Shown in pieces: positions 36,278 to 49,013 of a stretch of DNA of 64,000 nt. The position numbers and the translations under genes were made by a program. Numbering within the stretch: the first letter of the stretch is position 1; each line of letters starts with the position of its first letter. This stretch comes from Carcharhinus amblyrhynchos (taxonomy: Eukaryota). The notes beneath the pieces are model-generated. The model did not search any database. It worked only from the letters and a program-made list of their open reading frames with translations, and was not told the origin of the DNA. The stretch is from contig OZ336880.1 of the NCBI GenBank assembly GCA_965287045.1, forward strand, positions 74,152,001 through 74,216,000. Direction: 5' to 3'.

Positions 36278-36588
36278 GGGGCAGCATGGTGGCACTACTG
36301 CCTTGCAGCGCCAGGGACCCAGGTTCAACTCCAGTCTCTGGTACCTATTTCTGTGGAGTTTGCACATTCTTGCCATATGTGCGTGTGTTTCCTCCAGGTG
36401 CTTTAGTTTCCTCCCACAGTCCATAGATGTGCGGGTATGGTTGATTGGCCGTGCTAAATTGACCCTAGTGTCAGGGGGATTAGCAGTGTTGTTGTGTGGG
36501 TTATGAGAATAGGGTGGCATTGTGGTCAATACAGACTTGATGGGCTGACTGGCCTCCTTCTGTACTGTAGGGTTCTGCGAGTCTATGA
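36278..36588 (+). mobile_element. HE1-type V-SINE
   Basis: gggcagcatggtggcac...cagcgccagggacccaggttcaactcc...gtttcctcccacagtcc...gctaaattgaccctagtgtc...ggcctccttctgtactgtag. Confidence 0.9.
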
Positions 36589-37057
36589 AAATCACCAGGG
36601 TCATTGCTTAGTTCCTTTAAGTGTAGCAAATATACCAGGCAGTTAAGGGAAAACTTGTGAAGAACTGACATTAGTCTCAAGTGACATGCAAATGTAAGTT
36701 CAAATCTATTCTGAAACTACGACAGAGATAGATTTGTAAACCTTCATGAAATGATAACTTCTGAATGGATTGGATAAATACATTGCATGGTATGGTGTGA
36801 CCAAAATCACCATGGAAGTCAAGGATTTGAATCTGGGTTTGTACTGTGTCTGAATAGAACTGAGGAGTCAGGATTAGACCACTATTTCATTGTTAAATCA
36901 GTAATCCCTGCACATTGATGTGTGGGCATTGAGTGAGTATTGACTTTGAATGCAATGGTGATTTCAGTAAATTTTCTACTGAGATTCACTTACATATTAT
37001 ACAGGAGAGACTGCTTGTACCTGTGGAACTCTAGCTCAGTAGGCATCAGTATATTCT

Positions 37058-37363
37058 AAAGTTTATTTACTAGGCTTACAAATAGGCTGACATTAGCACC
37101 ACAATTAAGTTATTGTGAAAGTCCCCTAGTCGCCATACTCCAGCGCCTGTTCGGATACACTGAGGGAACATTTAGCATGGTCAATGCACCTAATCAGCAT
37201 ATCTTTTGGACTGCGGGAGAAACAGGAGCACCCGAAGGAAACCCAGGCAGACACAGGGGAGAACGTGCAGACTCTGCACAAACAGTGACCCAAGCTAGGA
37301 ATCGAACCTGCGTCCCTGGCACTCTGATGCAGCAGTGCTAACCACAATGCCACCGTGCTGCCC
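37058..37363 (-). mobile_element. V-SINE subfamily B, full length
   Basis: HE1-like head and V-domain, but with tail ...cctcagtgtatccgaacaggcgctggagtatggcgactagggg...taaataaacttt. Confidence 0.88.
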
Positions 37364-37980
37364 TAAAGGATAACAGGAATAAAATGGGAAGGAAAATCTG
37401 TAAGATAAAGCTCAAGGGAGCAAAATTGCTACTTTATCAAAGATTTGAAAGTCTTCAGTTGTAGATTGTTGAAATATTCCTTTCCTCAGAGTGCAATATT
37501 ATTTAAAAGCAACAGAATAAAGTATAACCATGCACAACACACCTACTGAAAATTCATTCCTGCAGCTGTGGAGTGTGCAATGATTGTAGGGAATGTCTCA
37601 ATGATCAACGGTAAAATCCTATTTCATTGGTTTGGTTCTGGAAGCTCTGATGGACTGTGCAATGGAGCACTGACGTGATGTCTTATTTTCTCACTGGATG
37701 GAGGAAGACTACTAATATCCAGGGTTAGAGGAGACTACATTTTTTATATTATTCAAGTATTCTACAATTAGCACATCTTCCCTGACGATACTGACACAGA
37801 ATGGTCTTGACCCTTTGCATTGTGGAGTATGCAGCAACAATACTGGCTGAAAAATCTTTTTTATTCATAATATACTGTGCCCTCCACTGATAAGGGCAGT
37901 GAGGATTCAATTGCCCTCATGCAGATCTAGAAAAACAGTAGACACCAGGTTATCGAATCAGTTCTGAGCAAAGGTACAAA

Positions 37981-38111
37981 TGATGTGGGTATGCCGGCGT
38001 TGGACTGGCGTAAACACAGTAAAAAGTCTGACAACACCAGGTTTTAGTCCAACCTATTTATTTGATAATATACTCACTAGCTTTCGGGGTTACCCCCTTC
38101 GTCAGGTGAAT
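37981..38111 (-). mobile_element. Short TSD-flanked Penelope-derived retro-insert carrying a hammerhead ribozyme (copy 2)
   Basis: 12-bp TSD caaaggtacaaa (37969-37980 and 38112-38123). 131-nt insert near-identical to 26745-26874. Confidence 0.9.
38072..38111 (-). ncRNA. Minimal type I hammerhead ribozyme, sense to the ZEB2 pre-mRNA
   Basis: Minus strand ATTCAC-CTGACGA-A-GGGG(GTAA)CCCC-GAAA-GCTA-GTGAGT. GNRA loop on stem II, CUA cleavage triplet. Confidence 0.8.
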
Positions 38112-40862
38112 CAAAGGTACAAACTCAGGAGACTTAGAAGAATCAATATCAGGCACTAAACAATACCGATGAATAGAGTAGATGATGAGAGATATACTGA
38201 TCTTGAGTGAAGGTCTGGCATACTGATTGCTCTTACTCAGTTATATAAGGTGGGGAGCTTAAATGGACTACTTTGAATGTAGATTGATGTTGTGCCAAGA
38301 ACCTATTAATCCCTTTCCTAATCTCTTTAAATGGAGGAGAATATGAATGATGTGGAGTGTGGAGAAGTTCAACACCTGGATACAAGAGGGATAATGTTCT
38401 GACTTCATGGTTCCAAGTAGGAAGCTTTGCTTGCTGGAGGCATCTGTTGTGTGGGCTCCATATACATTGACTCTCCAGGCTATGCAATTATTCCTGTGAT
38501 AGCATCTTCTATAAGAGTAGTGTGATGAACAAATGGTTGTCTATATTATCATCTGCCATTCAATGCTAAAGGCCAGTCAGTTAGTCAGGTCAGAGACACA
38601 ATAGGAGTATCTCTAAAACCCTTTACAAAGGTTGTCTGAGGCACTGGTGGCACAATTTCCAGGTGTTTGGTCAAACATTTAGAGAAGACATGTATAGGCA
38701 GCTAGAGGCTGGGATGGGTTGGGGTGGTGCGCTGTGGAATTCCACAAGCTGTCTAATTTCAAATAGATCAGTGGTAGCATGCGATGCCCTTTATAGTGAC
38801 GCATGTAGACTATCACAGCTGTAGATAGTTTCAACCCACATCAGCAGCATTTCTGAATTTCACCTTACCATTGCCCTACACATCGCATAAAGCATTTAGC
38901 CAACAGGATCCAGGTAAAAAAAAACACAAATACCCTTGGCATTGACGCAGGTGCATTAGAGTTGGGCACGGATACAGACAGCAGGTCTATGTGTAAATAT
39001 AGCCGCTTGGCAGTGCAGCCAATCACCTGTGCAAATCCTTTAATTAGGAGAGCACATAACAGCAAGTCATGTGCACAACAAGCAAGACCACAACAGACAA
39101 GTGCAACCACAATACACATGAAGCAGATGCCTTACCATTCCTACACGATTGAATAAAATTCATTCACTTTCATTCTGTCTTGCAGTCTGTCATTCTTTTA
39201 GCGTACAGAGCAGAAAGCGTCAGTTGTTTAAAAGCAAATAGAACAGAGGCACTTCTCTGCTAAGAAAATAAAAATATCAGTTCACTGATTGTTACGTGTC
39301 CAGTGGAAAGCAATCAGATTTGTTTTTCAGTTGAGAGGCAACAGCTCAAGCCTGGCTGGTGATAAAAGCAATACCTCAATCTTCCAAAGTGTCAAACATC
39401 AACATCCAGGAGGCTGTAAGTCCAAGAAAATAAATCTTTCATCTTTAGCACGAGCATCCCCATTCAAAAGCATCTGAACTCATTATCTTGTTTTTAAAGT
39501 AAATGAGAATTGTTATCAAACTGCTAGCTGCCTTAATCAACATTTATTTTTTTTTATCTTGTTTCTCTCCTCTTCCTCCATAGAATGTCCCTTTTCTCTG
39601 GCCAGAAGACCCTAAGCCTCAGCCTGTGGTGACACTTCAAAACCTTCCTGTTCCTTAAATTGAGTAATGGCTGTTGTGAAAAGAATATTTATTTGCGAGT
39701 TGATTGTGTAGCTGCCAAACATGATACAAGTTCATCAGTAAATGACATTACGAGACGTAACAAGTAAACATCTTTTTTAATTAACATTTTTAGAAAGATA
39801 GGAGAGGTCAAAGCTGCACTACATGTGGAAAAATAGTCCATGGTTTCTTTTACCCCTAAGTCACCCACCGCGCTCCATTCCTTCCTTCCACCACTTTTTA
39901 GTCGTATCTGTTCTTTTGCATCAAATTACAGAGGGAGATATCTTAATGCAGAAGTAAGTGACTTTCTCTCGTAAGTGTTTTTTGGATGAGGTACAAATTA
40001 TATTTCCACAGTTTTATGACAAATGTTAAGAACTAAGACTTACATCTAAAAAAAATTGCCTCTGAGTGTTTCAGGAAGCCAAAGAAATTCCATTTGCTGC
40101 AGTTTTAATGGGCCAGAGTGACAGAAAAGGCCCTCCATCATGGTGCCTAGTAACAAAAGGTCAAGGAGCTTGATCTTCCTGTATCTGACTCTTATAGGGG
40201 TTGGTGGCTCGGTTCATGTGCAGAAGAAGCATTATCTGCCACTTGAGTAAGTGAGATGTGGATACGCACAAAGTTCAGGCTTAGCAATGCACCACTTGTA
40301 GTCATAATGAGGTAAACACTGTTACAATATTCCAGAGATGCACCAATCTCCTGGACCTCACAGTAATCCACACCACTACAAGCAACAAGCTGGTTTGGAA
40401 ATCCTGAGCACGTGCATACTAAAGTTACATCGCACATTTCATTTACAGGAATCTATTGTTAATAATTAGTTCTGGTTAACATTATAGATGTGTATCTATC
40501 AACCTAGAGAACTTGTGGTTGGCTACTGTGGCACCAGTGCGAAACTGTGGGGTTGGCAAAGGCTGGTTGGGGAGTAGTCAGGACATTTAAAGTCAAATAT
40601 TTCTACGACAAATACAGTGACACTGACATCTGGTTGACAATGATTCTGATCTTTTAATACTAAAAAAAACCAAGAAAACTATGTTAGATAGTACTGAAGA
40701 ATTGACGTAATTGCCTGAAGTTGAAGATGGGGGTTGCAATGAACCTTTGGAAAAGGGAAATGTACCCAGGAGCTAAAATGGTTGAAAGTACTTATTTTGT
40801 AAAAAGATGCTGCTTGATAGTGCATCTTGAACAGAGTTAAGCAGGAAGTTAATTCTCAAGCT

Positions 40863-40927
40863 CCAAAGAGCAAAGAAAATTACAGCACAGGAACAGGCCT
40901 TTCGGCCCTCCAAGCCTGCACCGACCG
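40863..40927 (-). mobile_element. CR1 tail-only insertion
   Basis: caaagagcaaagaaaattacagcacaggaacaggcctttcggccctccaagcctgcaccgacc. Same tail as 5672-5730. Confidence 0.8.
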
Positions 40928-42544
40928 AAGATAGACAAATGTAGCAGGCCCTCATTGTAACACTGTTTGATATATAACGACTTCTGCTGTAATACATATT
41001 GTTCTTGACTTCTCCAGTAATACAGAAACCATATAAAAAGCCATTGAATAATATAGCCCAGTGGTAATGTGCTTTTACGTGGCTCCCAAAAACTGCCTTA
41101 TGAGGAGGGCCTCATACAAAGCCATATAATCTATAAAACCTTTATTTCATATAACCTATAAAAATCTATAACGCCTGTTTTTTTCTCTCTTGAAAAGAAG
41201 GGTTGGTTCGACTCCTGGAGTTTGGCGGAAGAGAACTTGTACTGAGCACATTTCTAAGATTTATCCTTAGTATGTCTCCACAGTAGCCTCGGTTTTTCTT
41301 TGTAAATGTTATGTTATTGCTTTATGTTGGAAGGAAAGGAGGCAACTCAGTATAAGTGCAATCAATGTGAGACTTCCTGATCTGTATGGCTCAAGATTAC
41401 ACAAGTTTACCTCACTGGGTTACTTGGGGCCAAGCAGGCTTCTCTTAATTAACAGTCATCGAATGACTAAAGTTTGAATCTAATGTTGAAATACTTATGG
41501 CCTCAAAGGTGGACCAATTTAGATTGTACCTATGTCCATCAATCAAATTGTATTTCTGTTCTTGTTGAATAATAAAACCAATAAAAGAAACAAAAAATAC
41601 ATTAAACTGAGTGAATACACAGCCAAGCACACAACATGCAGATTATTATGTGTTCTTTTTGGAGTGTTTAATGTTGCATGTATTGTATTAAAATTACATT
41701 AATGGTTATGTTGAACTCTCAGGGGAACAAACAATTCCATTACAGAATTTATATATTTTAGACACAAGGGTTGGAAAATCCCTGCCACCACAGCATATTC
41801 TTTTTTGTGCAACACGAAGGGATGGGAGTTCCCCTACGTTCTTCCAGGATCCCACCTGTAACGCCCCAACCTTCCCCATTCCTCTCCCTCTTCATACCTA
41901 CCCTGTCATAGAAAAAACCTAGCTGGTATAATCAAGGGTGAATATAAGTTGATGATTGCACTTTGGTCACCAGAGGCTGTGTTAAAATGTGCAGGTAGCC
42001 TCCAGACAGGACTGGAGGCAAAACTCAAGGCCTCAGCCTTATTGTATTAATAGCCTATGTATAGGATCAACATAAATTATTGATGGCAGAATTTACAATA
42101 TTGTTGTGCAGTGTGTTGTAGACTTGAAGACGATGACTCTTGTGTTGAGTTGTATGCTGAGAGAGGAATGTACAGCACTCCAAGAACTAGGTATTGCCAT
42201 GATCATAATTAATGAGCTGTAGGAAAAATAATTATTTCGAACAAGCTGGAAGGTCAGACTTTTAAAAGGGTAAATGAAGCAAAATGTACTTAAGAAGCTC
42301 AGACTGTAGGGAGTTACTCATAGTAAATTTGGGTTGATGTTTTTTGATTTGTACAGGACATATCTCTTCACTAAAAAGAAAAGGTACTTACAGTAAATTC
42401 AAACTGTAAATCATGATTTAGCGCCATGTTATAGTTACTGCAATGGCTCGGTTTGGTAAATTGTGGTACAAAGCAATGCAGACCAGGAGGATCCCACCAC
42501 CTCCCCTGAGCCATCTCAGCTCATGACAACTAATAAAAGGATAC

Positions 42545-42657
42545 TAGGGGTAGGCAGGAATGTAAAGCACAATTAGATCAGCCCTGATATTATCACGTGG
42601 TGGAGCAGGCCTGAGGAGCTGAATGGCCAACTCCTGCTCCTAAGTTGTATGTTCATA
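42545..42657 (+). mobile_element. CR1 3' tail nested in a family X SINE (about 42440-42830)
   Basis: ttagatcagccctgat...ggtggagcaggcctgaggagctgaatggccaactcctgctcctaagttgtatgttc. Confidence 0.7.
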
Positions 42658-43013
42658 GCTGAGGCAGTAGCCCTAAGCTAGAAAGAGGGAAATCATTCAT
42701 CAGTCTGATTTCTGATTGTTGACCAATTGGCCTCTGCGAGAAAACGAGTGCTTGTGTGTCCATATGAATGTATGCAGGAGCAATACTAGGATCAACTGTA
42801 GTGTTCCACAGTAAAATAGCCTATTGTGCTATTTTACATTCTCACGCATTTCAGGATGGCTACATCAACTGGATAGCAGGGGATAGCTAGTGCACATGGA
42901 GACATATCGTAGCATGACTGGTTGCATTTAGAAAATAAAGAGAAGGAACTGGACATGAAGAGTGTTTCGAAAATTTGTTTCGTTTTCAGAGAAAATAAAG
43001 TTGTTAAACATGT

Positions 43014-43692
43014 AGGTGGAATTTTCCCAAAATTACACGGGATGCTGGATCGGGTGAGAAAAGCGGCGCGAAACTCGCTGGTTTCACAGCAGCCTTTTTT
43101 AGCCATTGTCAAACAGCACTCCGTGCAATTTCAAAGTGCTGGTGAGGATCACACAGCCAGCTGGGGGGGACGAGGCCTAAACTCAGTGGCAAAGCCAAGA
43201 TTCGGAGCTGATCTCAAAGTAAAGTTAAGGCCCCCCTTCCCCATGAACATCGGGACGCCACCGCACCGCGCCCCATCCTCCACCTGCATCAGGACACCCC
43301 TCCCAACCCATAGTCTCTGCATCTCCCCACCGCCCACCTCCCCCCCCCCAACCCACCCCCCGCCAAGTGCCAAGTCCCTCACCACACAGAAACTGTGCTC
43401 ACCTCCGCGCTGCTGGCATGGTCAGCATGACTGATTTATATTTTTGATTCCCGTCGGTGTGACATCATACCATACGGGTGTGGGTGGAGAACATCTAATG
43501 ATTCCAGAAGCAACAATGTTCAGCCGTATAATGACATTCAAAGGAATTCTAATTCAAGGAAATCAGGTCCACGCCAACAGTGGATGAGGAAGGTCTCAAA
43601 TTGAGATCTTGCTACCTCGTACTCCATTATGGTTCTCTCACAAGAGTTAACAGGATTTGTGCCCGCAGCGAACAGTCCCAGAGATTCGCGCC
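43014..43692. mobile_element. CpG-rich non-autonomous DNA transposon (Harbinger-like), degenerate TIRs
   Basis: Sharp GC/CpG island in an AT-rich background. Ends aggtggaattttccc and gagattcgcgcc resemble the MITE TIR at 12659. Confidence 0.5.
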
Positions 43693-44214
43693 TGTGAAAT
43701 TATAGAAACTTATGATCATTGGTGACTGGTCATTAGCATCCCAGTTTTTGAGGATGTAAGTCAAGCTGAGTTACTGTAAATTACATTGATGCGCAAGGCC
43801 TTTCTTAATTAAATATTTGAATCACTGGTAAATTTTAGCTGTTAGCATTAAACTCATCCTTCAGGTAAATCATTGCCACTTTAACATATACACCAGTGGT
43901 GAAGCTTTCCGGTGATCAGCTCCATGTTATTTGTTTCATTTTTGGAAGTTCTTTTTACATGACCATGAGTCATTTTTAACAGACTTCGGGCAATGTTGAT
44001 GCCATAGTCATTAATTGGAGCACTAAAGCAGACTCTGAAAGAGACTTGCTGTTGGCTTTAAAATGTATCAAAAACTGAATGAGGCATCTCATCTAGTTCA
44101 AATGACACAGATTATTTAAATTGGGCAATAACTGATATTGGGAGGAAAAGCACGACAATAATCTCAACTCTACGCTCAGCCATTTTGTAAGCCACCCAAA
44201 TTTCACTCACATGT

Positions 44215-44509
44215 GGATGGCACAGTGGAGAGCACTGTTGTCTCACAGCGCCAGGGATCTGGGTTCAATTCTGGCCTCAAGTGACTGTCAGTGTGGAGTT
44301 TGCATGGGTTTCCTCTGGGTGCTCTAGTTTCCTCCCACACTCCAAAGATGTGTAGGTTAGGCTGTTTGGCCCTTAGTATAAGGGTGGGGGTTAGCAGGGT
44401 AAATACATGGGACTTGTGGGTAAGGCCTGGGTGGGATTGTTGTCAGCGCATGCTCGATGGGCTGAACGGCCTCCTTCTGCACTGACGAGATTGTGTGATT
44501 CTATCTATG
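44215..44509 (+). mobile_element. HE1-type V-SINE
   Basis: ggcacagtgg...ctcacagcgccagggatctgggttcaattc...cctcccacactccaaagatgtg...gatgggctgaacggcctccttctgcactg. Confidence 0.88.
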
Positions 44510-44574
44510 CAGATGATATTAAGATGAACTAATCAATTAGGTTGCTGTTTTCTAATCACTTTTAGGTTGCCCTA

Positions 44575-44876
44575 ACATAAATGCCTTGCATTTATATGAC
44601 CTTCATGATTTCAGGTCTTTCCAAAGTGATCTACAGCTAACAAAATACTTCTGAAGTGGAGCTACTGCTTAGGAAACAAGACAGCCAATTTGCACAGCAA
44701 ACTCCCAACAACAACAATGTGATAACAACCAGATCGTCTGTTTCTGTGGTTTTGATTGAGGGACAGATATTCATCAGGGACGCATGGGTTAACTCACCTG
44801 CTCTTCTTCGACATGTGATCTTTCAAGTTCACCTGAGAGGGGAGGCAGAGCCTCAGTTTAAATCTGCATCCAAAAC
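44575..44876 (-). mobile_element. DeuSINE (SacSINE1/AmnSINE-like)
   Basis: cttgcatttatat...cagccaatttgcacagcaa...accagat...gattgagggacagatatt...cacctgctcttcttcga...cacctgagag...gcctcagtttaa, Deu-domain-like. Confidence 0.7.
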
Positions 44877-45089
44877 TTGTTTTTGTCTTCAGAATCATTT
44901 GTTTGCAATAAATGTCCTTTCATCGGCACATCTCAGGGCACAGCACAGGCTTCGAACAAAATGAATGGGGCGAAGTTTAAGGCTTTTAAAACCCTCTTCT
45001 GCACTTCAGTGCAGAAGACTGCACTAATGCAGGATAAGAGGATGTTTTTCAATTCAGATTACCGTAAGTATTTCAAAATGAATTTCAGT

Positions 45090-46110
45090 CCTGTTATTAG
45101 AAACGCAGAATTATCACGTGGCAAGCACTGAATTACTCGCTTGTTGCATCTGATGAGTTGTCCATGCACACTATAAGTTTAATTGTTAATTTGGCCTTTC
45201 TCCATCAAAGTCCTTGCTGTATTAATCGGCTCCCAAGCATCAGCAAATACCCCAGTGATGGTGGCAACCACAAGGACAGAAGCACCATTGGGGCTTCTTC
45301 AAATATGTATAACATATTAAATTACTTTGCTACTGCATTATTGACAGGTCAAAAACCCTGAAAGTTTGCTGTACCTGCAATGGCTGTGCAAAAGTTTCAA
45401 TTTGGCATCCTTTACTAACTGTTTCCGCAAACAATGCCTTCAAGTAGCCATTGAACAACCTTAATGGGCCAGTAAATTATTTACCTTCCGATAAGGTAAG
45501 TCACCACTGAGATAAAACGCTGATAAACCAAAGTAAATATGTGCACAACTCACTGTTTTCCAGACTTTCTTTCTCACATGCGCACACCTATAGTAAGACA
45601 GATGTATGCTTAACACATATGACCTGAGACAGGCCTAAAGCCATAACTAGATAATTTTTCACTCACACACCGATTGCGGCAGCTTTCTGAGGTGAAAGAA
45701 ACTGACAGCGCAAACTCTCCAGGGCAGAACTTTCCAGTCAAGTGGATCAACGTACTGAAAATCACTTATGAATAGTCATTAGTCCTTCATTACAACCCCC
45801 TCACAACCCAGTTCTTTTTTGCAACCAAAATGCCTTTTGTCATCTTCACAAGGTGCATCAGTTAATTGCCGATTGACTTTCTTTTAAACATATGACAACA
45901 TGTCACAAAGCAAAAAATGCAAAATGTTGCTCCAGGCATTTGACTTAACTCCTTGATTTCCACATTCCTGAACATTCTCTGCAATATTTCAGGGGCAAAG
46001 CAGCCTTCTCACAGATTGACAGAAGTTACGCTAAAAAGAAACCTCCACATTTAATCATATTTACACATCCTTATTTTCTTCACCTGACTCATTTATAGTC
46101 ATAGAAAATG
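45090..46110. promoter_or_regulatory. Candidate conserved non-coding block
   Basis: TE-free. GATA cluster (GATAAG, AGATAA, TGATAA within 45490-45527) and repeated TGACAG. Not aligned. Confidence 0.4.
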
Positions 46111-47127
46111 AATATCCTCCATGGATCTATTAAATAGCTTTCTATGCTGACAGATTCCAAGTGGTGAGAAGTACAGCAGAGTGTCTCCTTTTCTACATTA
46201 TAGTGTACCTAATTTAGTCTAGTTATTTTATTCTTCTATTTATCTAATTTTTCATTGTCAAGACACAATAAGACGTTAAAGTTTGAGATGCTAAACTGAC
46301 CTACTAGAGAGTTTACACGTAGCTTTTGGATAGGTGAGAACGTGCTTAAGTAATCTGCCTGTATTGCATATGTGGATTGCAAAATAACCCAGTTGGTTAA
46401 CTGTGAGGGGTTCCATGCAAATAGGGAAGTATATGGCTTTTTAAAAAATAGGTTGTACAAATGTCATAGGTACAACAAATTCATTGTCACACCAGCATTA
46501 GACTAACAATCTTAAAATGATATGCCTTTGAGTTAGTTGTGTTGTGAAGTGGGAGGGGTGCAGTTTCTGAATGGATTGGGTTTTCTTGTGGATTGAATAT
46601 ATTGTAAAGTGTGCTGAGACAGGATGTGGCGTCATAATATCTTTATGAAAAGTTGTGTACTAGCCTGAGTTCTGTGCTAGTGGAGAAACGTAATGCCGTA
46701 ATGTGCAGTTTTCATTTACTGAACCATATTTGCAGTCTATTCATATCTGAATGGGGAAATGCTGCTTAGAGGAGGCAGTTACATAGCTAACAAATAGTGC
46801 AAGAAAATCTGAAAGTTTACTTTCTGTACGAAGGAGCTATCTCCATTCTAAGGCCACAAACTCTCACTCGTGGTACAGATATTACTGTCCCACATATTTG
46901 TCTAAAGCATCAATGATGTGCCAGCAGGTACCAGTGTGTACTGTGGGTGGGGAAACAATCAGTCTGTAGCAGATTTGCTAATCTCTAACAATAACAGATT
47001 TGATACAAACAATAATGAGCCACTGTTCTTCTCAATCCTGCTCCTCAAACAGCTCAATCTTGCTCCTCAAACTTTCCTATCTCACTCTCTCACACCACAG
47101 ACACACACATACACACCACTGTTTTAG

Positions 47128-47164
47128 TTATCCAGACATTCATTTATCCAGACATTCATTTATC
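47128..47164. repeat. 16-bp tandem duplication (ttatccagacattcat x2.3)
   Basis: Direct reading. Confidence 0.9.
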
Positions 47165-47254
47165 TAAAGCATTTGAGATCCAATCAGAAACGCAGTCAAG
47201 CAAAGACCTTTTAAGGAGTTTGATGTTCCTCCCCTGCCATTCTCCACTAATTTT

Positions 47255-47520
47255 CTCCCCTGAAACCCACAAGCCTTAACCACCCTGCTCTCATCCCCAT
47301 TCCTCATATGTGAGCCTGTTCAGTAAATGGCCAGTTGGCCGTGAGTGGCATCACATCTGAACCAATACTGTCCTCAGCCGATATTCACACTGTTAATGTG
47401 GGAACCTTGGCTTGTTTTCCCTTCTCTAACATTGGGCCAGTGCCAATGCTCTTGCTGATGCCCTGGCCCAGCATTTTACTCTGCCATGTCTGAGGGATCA
47501 AGACCAGTGAGATTTCCACA
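47255..47520 (-). mobile_element. Family X ancient SINE
   Basis: ttctcccctgaa...cattcctcatatgtgagcct...ggcatcaca...tgtcctcagccgatattcacac...gggaaccttggcttgttttccc. Confidence 0.5.
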
Positions 47521-47537
47521 AAAAGGTAAAAGAGTGC

Positions 47538-47655
47538 ATGTGCTGGAAACCTGAAACAAAAGCTAAAACTGCTGGAAATCCTCAGCGGATCTGGCAGCAT
47601 CTGTTGAGACAGAAACAGAGTTAACATTTCAGGTCGATGACCTTTTGTCAGAAAT
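47538..47655 (-). mobile_element. Penelope-like tail with decayed hammerhead
   Basis: Minus strand CTGACAA-a-AGGTC(ATC)GACCT-GAAATGTT-aactctg. Core G-to-A change, consistent with CpG decay. Confidence 0.75.
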
Positions 47656-47959
47656 TTGCTAGCTGTGCAGGTCTTTGACTCTGCAAGATTTCCATTTAGA
47701 AGCCCTGGCAACCACTACATTCATATTGAATTTACTCGCAGATTGTGGCTGAGTTGTTTTTAAAACAATTTGGGATTTCTCTTTAAACCTTTTGACCTTT
47801 GAAATTCATAATTTCAAACATGCTTTCCTTTCACAGGAAAAATACCTTTCTTGGAATATTGCAGTATGATTAAATGAAAATTGAATAAGCATAAAAGACT
47901 CCAGAAGTTATAGCACTCTGCAGAGAGATGGAGCGAATACAAATTTCTTTTCCTTTCTT

Positions 47960-48600
47960 GATTTCTTTTGCTGATGAAATGTTACACTTGCATTAAAGTC
48001 TGGCTTGGGTGAGCCGACAGTAAAAGGCATTCCTCCTTAACACCGAAAGCATCTCAAAAAATAATTACTGAGGAGTAATTCACTGGATTATTTCATTGAA
48101 AAAAATCTTTTTTTTCAACTTAGCTCTTGACTGCTCACATCAGCAACCATTATCCTAGAAGTCGGGAATCTCAGCAATGCGCAGAACAATTATTCTACAA
48201 CAGAGCTGTGACAAGGACTGGGGTGCTGAAGGTGGGCGGCATGGTATAATGGAACCACTGTTGCAGTATACACACTTATTGTGGAGCCTGAGCTTGCCAA
48301 AGTGTAAATGCCTTCTTTTCTTCCAAGCACAGAAGCTAGATTATACAATCGCGAAATTCAGTAAGAAGGTCTGACGGGGTGATTGGTAGCGACAGAAGCT
48401 GGCAACGCCACAGTGCTGAACACTGAGGTTACTTGTGGCATGTACTGCAGGTGTACCATCATCGACTCAATACCAATCGTCAGTGAGCCCAGCAAAAGAA
48501 TGAACTGTTTCCTGTCCCTTATACAGTTATCGACGTCAGCCTGCAGGTTTTTCTTTCTGTTAAAGTTGTTTATTTTGATCTGATGAAGTTTACAACAGAA
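47960..48600. promoter_or_regulatory. Candidate conserved non-coding block
   Basis: TE-free and CpG-retaining, with SOX AACAAT (about 48185), CCAAT and E-box CAGGTG. Not aligned. Confidence 0.35.
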
Positions 48601-48634
48601 TTTTAACTTCAGGGAGCACAAAATCTATACCGAC

Positions 48635-49013
48635 CTTCCAGTATAGCACTGAGGGAATGCTGCATTGTCAGTGACACAACTGTAAGGATTAAATATCAAA
48701 CCGACACCCACTCATCCCACCAATCTACCCTCTTAGGTGGACATAAAAGACCTCAATTTCAAAGTAATTCAGAGGTGTTTTCCCAGATGTCCTGAGCAAT
48801 ATTTTTATCCCTCAATCCAAATTGCTAAAATTTAAACCCAGATGATCTGGTCATTATCAGAATGTTATTTGATAGATCTTGCTATGTGCAATTTGGCTGC
48901 CACACTTCCCTACATTACAACATAATTCAAAATTTTTTAATGAGCTGTAAATTGTTTGGGCATATGTTGAGTTCGGGAAAGATGCTCTGTAAATGCAGGT
49001 TCTTCCTTCTTTC
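48635..49013 (+). mobile_element. DeuSINE (SacSINE1/AmnSINE-like)
   Basis: cactgagggaatgctgcattgtcag...ctcttaggtggacataaaaga...tgtcctgagcaatatttttatccctcaa...gatgatctggtcattatc...gatcttgctatgtgcaatttggctgcc...aaatgcaggttctt. Confidence 0.75.

Noticed and set aside
42922-43434. 170-aa Pro-rich ORF
   Set aside because: Runs into a GC-rich transposon relic and C-tracts. No recognisable domain.
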